Shown here: piece after piece, positions 45,819 through 49,012 of the stretch
Position numbering within the stretch: the stretch's first letter is position 1
How the letters are laid out: the number at the start of each line of letters is the position of its first letter
DNA from: a virus
Lineage: Duplodnaviria; Caudoviricetes
DNA: 49,012 bases
IMG/VR virus record: IMGVR_UViG_3300046061_000046
Coordinates: 1-49,012 of that record
Strand: one strand, 5' to 3'
Translations under genes and position numbers: made by a program
Notes under the pieces: model-generated
Database searches by the model: none
What the model was told of the DNA's origin: nothing
Seen by the model: the letters and a program-made list of their open reading frames with translations, nothing else

Positions 45819-46034
45819 ATGTTCGATTCCCCACTCAGCATGATCCTGGGCCTGATTGTCGGATTAGCGATGCTGATGTTCGCTATATTCGTGATCCTGG
45901 TGTTCTTCGTCCCGTGGTTCCAGGCATTTACCGAGTCCCTCGATGCAGCGTTAGTCATCACTCGTCGTCACCTCCTCGTACTCGGGGACCTCGGCATCCG
46001 GGTCGGCCTGGATCCCACCGCCATAGGTGGATAG
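45819..46034 (+). CDS. Small membrane protein on the opposite strand (tentative)
   Basis: MFDSPLSMILGLIVGLAMLMFAIFVILVFFVPW; lower GC; possible promoter near 45783-45795; competes with minus ORF 45695..45961. Confidence 0.5.
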   Translation: MFDSPLSMILGLIVGLAMLMFAIFVILVFFVPWFQAFTESLDAALVITRRHLLVLGDLGIRVGLDPTAIGG

Positions 46035-47948
46035 TGACGGCGTCTCGTCGGCGAGAAGGTGTCGGCACAGTGCCTTCGCGAGATGGACCGGAACCGCGTT
46101 CCCGATCTGCTCGGTTCGGTCCGCTTTCGTCCCGACGATCTCGTAGTCCGCGGGGAAGCCCTGTGCCTGCTGAAGCTCTCGCGGCTGGAGCATCCGGTAC
46201 TTGACGTCCAGTCCCCACGGCCACAGTTCTGGGACGCACAGTGCGTAGCGGTCGCTCGCTGGCTGTGTCTTCAGCGGTTCGTCCGTCGCCTGCGCTGGGC
46301 CCTGACAGTCGTCGATAAACGCCCATACATGCGGTGTCGTCACCGCTGCCGGGCTCTTCGACGCTGTCACGGTCATCAGCGGCCGGTCGACGTCCCGCGT
46401 CCGCGGGAGCTGTCCGGGACGCGGGTTGTACAGCGGGCACAAATACGGATTCGAGAGCGCGAACACGCCGCCGCGCTCGGTCGCGATAGTCGGCATCGGG
46501 GCGTCCGTGTCGAGTGCCCGCCCGCCGTGCGAGTAGCGGACGAGCGACGGTGCCACGAGGTGCACCTGTGGTTCGGACGTCAGCGTGTGGAGGGGCTGGC
46601 CGTTGACGGTATACGGACAGTTGCTGTACAGGCCGCCGTTGATCCCGTTTTTAGGTTCGATAAGCGGCTGTGCGTCGATCGTCGCGAGGCTGTGCGCCCC
46701 TCGCGCCGGGATAGTCGGCATCGACCGCTCCGTCAGATTGACCGGGTGGGCGCCCTTCCCCTGTCGGAGGAGAATTGACACCGTCGTCGACAGCGCGTAC
46801 TTGTGGCCGTTCGCGGTGACGGTGTCGAGCGGGTCAGTGACTGGCTGGGGCGGACTCGTGCCGTAGTACTTAACCAGGCACGGCTCCGCTGAGCACAGCT
46901 GTATCTTCCCACTCGTCGCGACGGTCGGCGCCGGCCGGGCGGTCACGTCGCGCGGGATCGAGTTGCTGTGCTGGCCGAGCAGGTACGACGTCGTCGGTCC
47001 CACCGTGTCACCGACGTCAACGAGGAACGGCTCGTCAAGTGCGGCCGCCGCGGCGTCCGCATACGCGGCCGGGATGATGCGGTCTTCCCGAAGCGCCCGA
47101 ATCTCATCGCGACCGAGTTCCTCAAGAACGTCGGCGAACGGGGCGAGTTGGTCGTCGCAGTGCCGTCGAATCCCTTCGGCGATGCGCTGCATCGTCGAGT
47201 GCTTCGGCGGCGAATGGACGCGCGGTTCCGAGAGGTCACGCGTCCAGATGCTCCTCCCAGGATCGGACCAGTCGATGATCTCCGCAGCCGCCCGCCGGTC
47301 GGGCTTTTTGGGGTCAGCGTCGTCGTGTGTGGGCTCCGGGAACGTCGCCGTGCCGCCCTGGCGGCCGACGAGAAAAAACCGCTCGCGACTTGTTGGGTCG
47401 CCATAGTCCGCGGCCGTCAGTGTCGTCCAGTCGACCGAGTAGCCCAGCTGGTTCAGCGCGTTGATCCACGCGTCGAAGACCGTCCCGTCGCGCGTCGGTT
47501 CGCCGTCTTCGACGGGGCCCCACGACTGGATCTCGCCGACGTTCTCGATGACGAACGCCTCGACATCGAGTTTTTCCAGCCAGTCGAGTACCTGCCACGG
47601 GCTCATCCGCTTTTGTTCGTTGACCGGCTTGCCACCGCGGGCGTTCGAGAAGTGCGTGCACTCGGGCCCGGCGAGCAACAGGTCGACGTGAGTGTCGACC
47701 TGGTGAACATCGTCGAGGTCGACGTTGACGAGGTCGCGAATGACGTGCGGTGGGTGCAGTTGTTCGACTTTCGAGTGGTACTGGTCGGCGTCCGGGTGGT
47801 TGCGCTCGTGCGTGTTGATGGCGGGCTCCCAGTGGTTGATAGCGGCGTGCTTGAGGTCGTAGCCGAGGTCTGCACAGGCCTGTCGAAGCCCCTCGCTGAA
47901 GCCACCGGCCCCACAGAACAGGTCAACGGCAATGATGGGATCCGTCAC
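45951..47948 (-). CDS. dcm: C5-cytosine DNA methyltransferase
   Basis: DLFCGAGG, GPECTHFS, IENV, RERFF, QGFP, QIGNAVP. Confidence 0.95.
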   Translation of the reverse strand: MTDPIIAVDLFCGAGGFSEGLRQACADLGYDLKHAAINHWEPAINTHERNHPDADQYHSKVEQLHPPHVIRDLVNVDLDDVHQVDTHVDLLLAGPECTHFSNARGGKPVNEQKRMSPWQVLDWLEKLDVEAFVIENVGEIQSWGPVEDGEPTRDGTVFDAWINALNQLGYSVDWTTLTAADYGDPTSRERFFLVGRQGGTATFPEPTHDDADPKKPDRRAAAEIIDWSDPGRSIWTRDLSEPRVHSPPKHSTMQRIAEGIRRHCDDQLAPFADVLEELGRDEIRALREDRIIPAAYADAAAAALDEPFLVDVGDTVGPTTSYLLGQHSNSIPRDVTARPAPTVATSGKIQLCSAEPCLVKYYGTSPPQPVTDPLDTVTANGHKYALSTTVSILLRQGKGAHPVNLTERSMPTIPARGAHSLATIDAQPLIEPKNGINGGLYSNCPYTVNGQPLHTLTSEPQVHLVAPSLVRYSHGGRALDTDAPMPTIATERGGVFALSNPYLCPLYNPRPGQLPRTRDVDRPLMTVTASKSPAAVTTPHVWAFIDDCQGPAQATDEPLKTQPASDRYALCVPELWPWGLDVKYRMLQPRELQQAQGFPADYEIVGTKADRTEQIGNAVPVHLAKALCRHLLADETPSLSTYGGGIQADPDAEVPEYEEVTTSDD

Positions 47949-48379
47949 GCGAACACCCCCATTGTCGGCTGGCGCTCGCCGTACTCACGGAGCTCGTCAA
48001 GAACCGTCTCGCGACAGTCCTCGCAAAGCGTCTCCTCTTGGTGAATGGAGTACCGCTCGCCGTCGGGTCCCTGAACGGCCTCAAACAGGCCGTAAATCCC
48101 GACATCGGGTTTTCCGCAGCGAGGGCAGTCGGCGTCCCTCAAGTGGTTCCACTCCCCGCGGGTCGGCTCTCGGTCGATCGACCGGAGCAGGATGCCGAAC
48201 AGACCGTGCCGGTAGAGCGGCCGGACGTCCAAAACGTAGTCCCAGTCGTGACTGACCGGCGTAATACAGTCGTGTGGAAAGAACCGCTCCAGGCGGGCGC
48301 TGAGGAACTCGTCGTAGCCCTCGAACTCGAAGTCCTCATGCGACAGGTTCCGCCGGTCACTACCGTCTGAAGAGGTCAC
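47945..48379 (-). CDS. Hypothetical zinc-binding protein
   Basis: CPRCG...LCEDC. Confidence 0.72.
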   Translation of the reverse strand: MTSSDGSDRRNLSHEDFEFEGYDEFLSARLERFFPHDCITPVSHDWDYVLDVRPLYRHGLFGILLRSIDREPTRGEWNHLRDADCPRCGKPDVGIYGLFEAVQGPDGERYSIHQEETLCEDCRETVLDELREYGERQPTMGVFA

Positions 48380-48831
48380 GACTGATCCCCTCCCGTGCTC
48401 GTCTTACCGGGCGTTTCGCCGGTTACCTGCTCAAAACAATCGGTTGAGCAGAAGGCCCCAGGCGGGTCTTCGGTCGTGTGCTCCGGGCGGCCGTCGTAGT
48501 TCACGCCGCATCCCAGACACGTCCAGTTCCGTTTCCGGATCGCGTCGGGATCGGGCCGCGACGGGATTCCGCCGTCGGTCACAAGCTTCGCCTGGTCGCC
48601 CTCTGCCGGCGGGAGGATTCCGCGCTGGTCTGCATCTTCGGCAAGCTTCTCAAAGCCACATAGTAGCCCGAGGTTCCGCGCTGCTGCGGCTTCGAAGTAG
48701 TCGACGAACCCGTAATCTGGGTCGGCTGGGACCCAGAACTCGGTTGTCCACGCGGCTCGGAGAGCACACTGAACAGCAAACCGCTCCAGTTCTCCCAACC
48801 GCTCAGTACCGACCGACTGTCCATCACTCAT
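48376..48831 (-). CDS. Hypothetical zinc-binding protein (start MSDGQSV)
   Basis: CLGC...FCSTDC; GGAGG upstream. Confidence 0.7.
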   Translation of the reverse strand: MSDGQSVGTERLGELERFAVQCALRAAWTTEFWVPADPDYGFVDYFEAAAARNLGLLCGFEKLAEDADQRGILPPAEGDQAKLVTDGGIPSRPDPDAIRKRNWTCLGCGVNYDGRPEHTTEDPPGAFCSTDCFEQVTGETPGKTSTGGDQS

Positions 48832-49012
48832 CGGCCTGGCCTCCGTCGTTGTGGCTGGATGCCCGGACGTGCACGGCGAGTTCTTGATCGTCTGAGATAC
48901 GAGCGTCAACGATCTCCATTCCAGCCGGGTCGAGACCGCGCTGGTAGATTGCGTTGCGGACCACGTCCACCAAGTCGATGACGACGACTTCCGACTGCTC
49001 AGTGCCGCCCTC
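48824..49012 (-). CDS. Partial hypothetical protein, 5' end outside window
   Basis: Open frame EGGTEQSEVVVIDLVDVVRNAIYQRG...QADE stop. Confidence 0.6.
   Translation of the reverse strand, partial: EGGTEQSEVVVIDLVDVVRNAIYQRGLDPAGMEIVDARISDDQELAVHVRASSHNDGGQADE

Larger units (their letters stand above)
1..49012. mobile_element. Haloarchaeal temperate tailed virus (provirus), right end outside the window
   Basis: Integrase, repressor, TerS/TerL, portal, protease, HK97-type MCP and tail genes in canonical order. Acidic proteome, archaeal PCNA, Tat and lipobox signals. Last ORF is truncated at 49012. Confidence 0.95.

Noticed and set aside
45951-47948. Restriction-modification system or intein in the long MTase
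   Set aside because: No endonuclease partner; extra length is explained by repeated modules, and no intein splice motifs are evident

Overview
The whole window reads as most of an integrated, temperate, tailed (HK97-fold, siphovirus-like) haloarchaeal virus. Supporting signs are high GC, very acidic proteins, TATA-box promoters, GGAGGTGA Shine-Dalgarno sites and chains of ATGA/TGATG-coupled genes. Left to right: tyrosine integrase (+); a leftward early region with a nucleoside deoxyribosyltransferase-like gene, a DUF6378-like gene, many Zn-finger microproteins, PCNA, PadR, a divergent AbrB pair and a lipoprotein; a rightward block with a phiH1-like repressor, a HerA/coiled-coil ATPase and a palindrome-controlled three-gene operon ending in a degenerate LAGLIDADG protein; a leftward morphogenesis operon (TerS, TerL, portal-MuF fusion, protease/scaffold, MCP, neck, tail tube, frameshifting chaperone, repeat-built tape measure, tail tip and fibre) preceded by a four-gene membrane cluster; and a middle region with a C5 methyltransferase, DUF5131, DUF6884-like and MazG-like genes. 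No polymerase, helicase, att site, tRNA or CRISPR array is visible, and the provirus runs off the right edge. The most interesting leads are a back-to-back AbrB switch with mirrored operators and flanking structured RNAs, a recurring LEQQA/xQQ[AS] motif suggesting Gln-directed capsid maturation, the TTGCATATATGCAA operon, an orphan IS200/IS605 right end next to a Tat-exported C1q-like protein, and a possible DNA-modification module. All family calls come from motif recognition by eye, not database searches.
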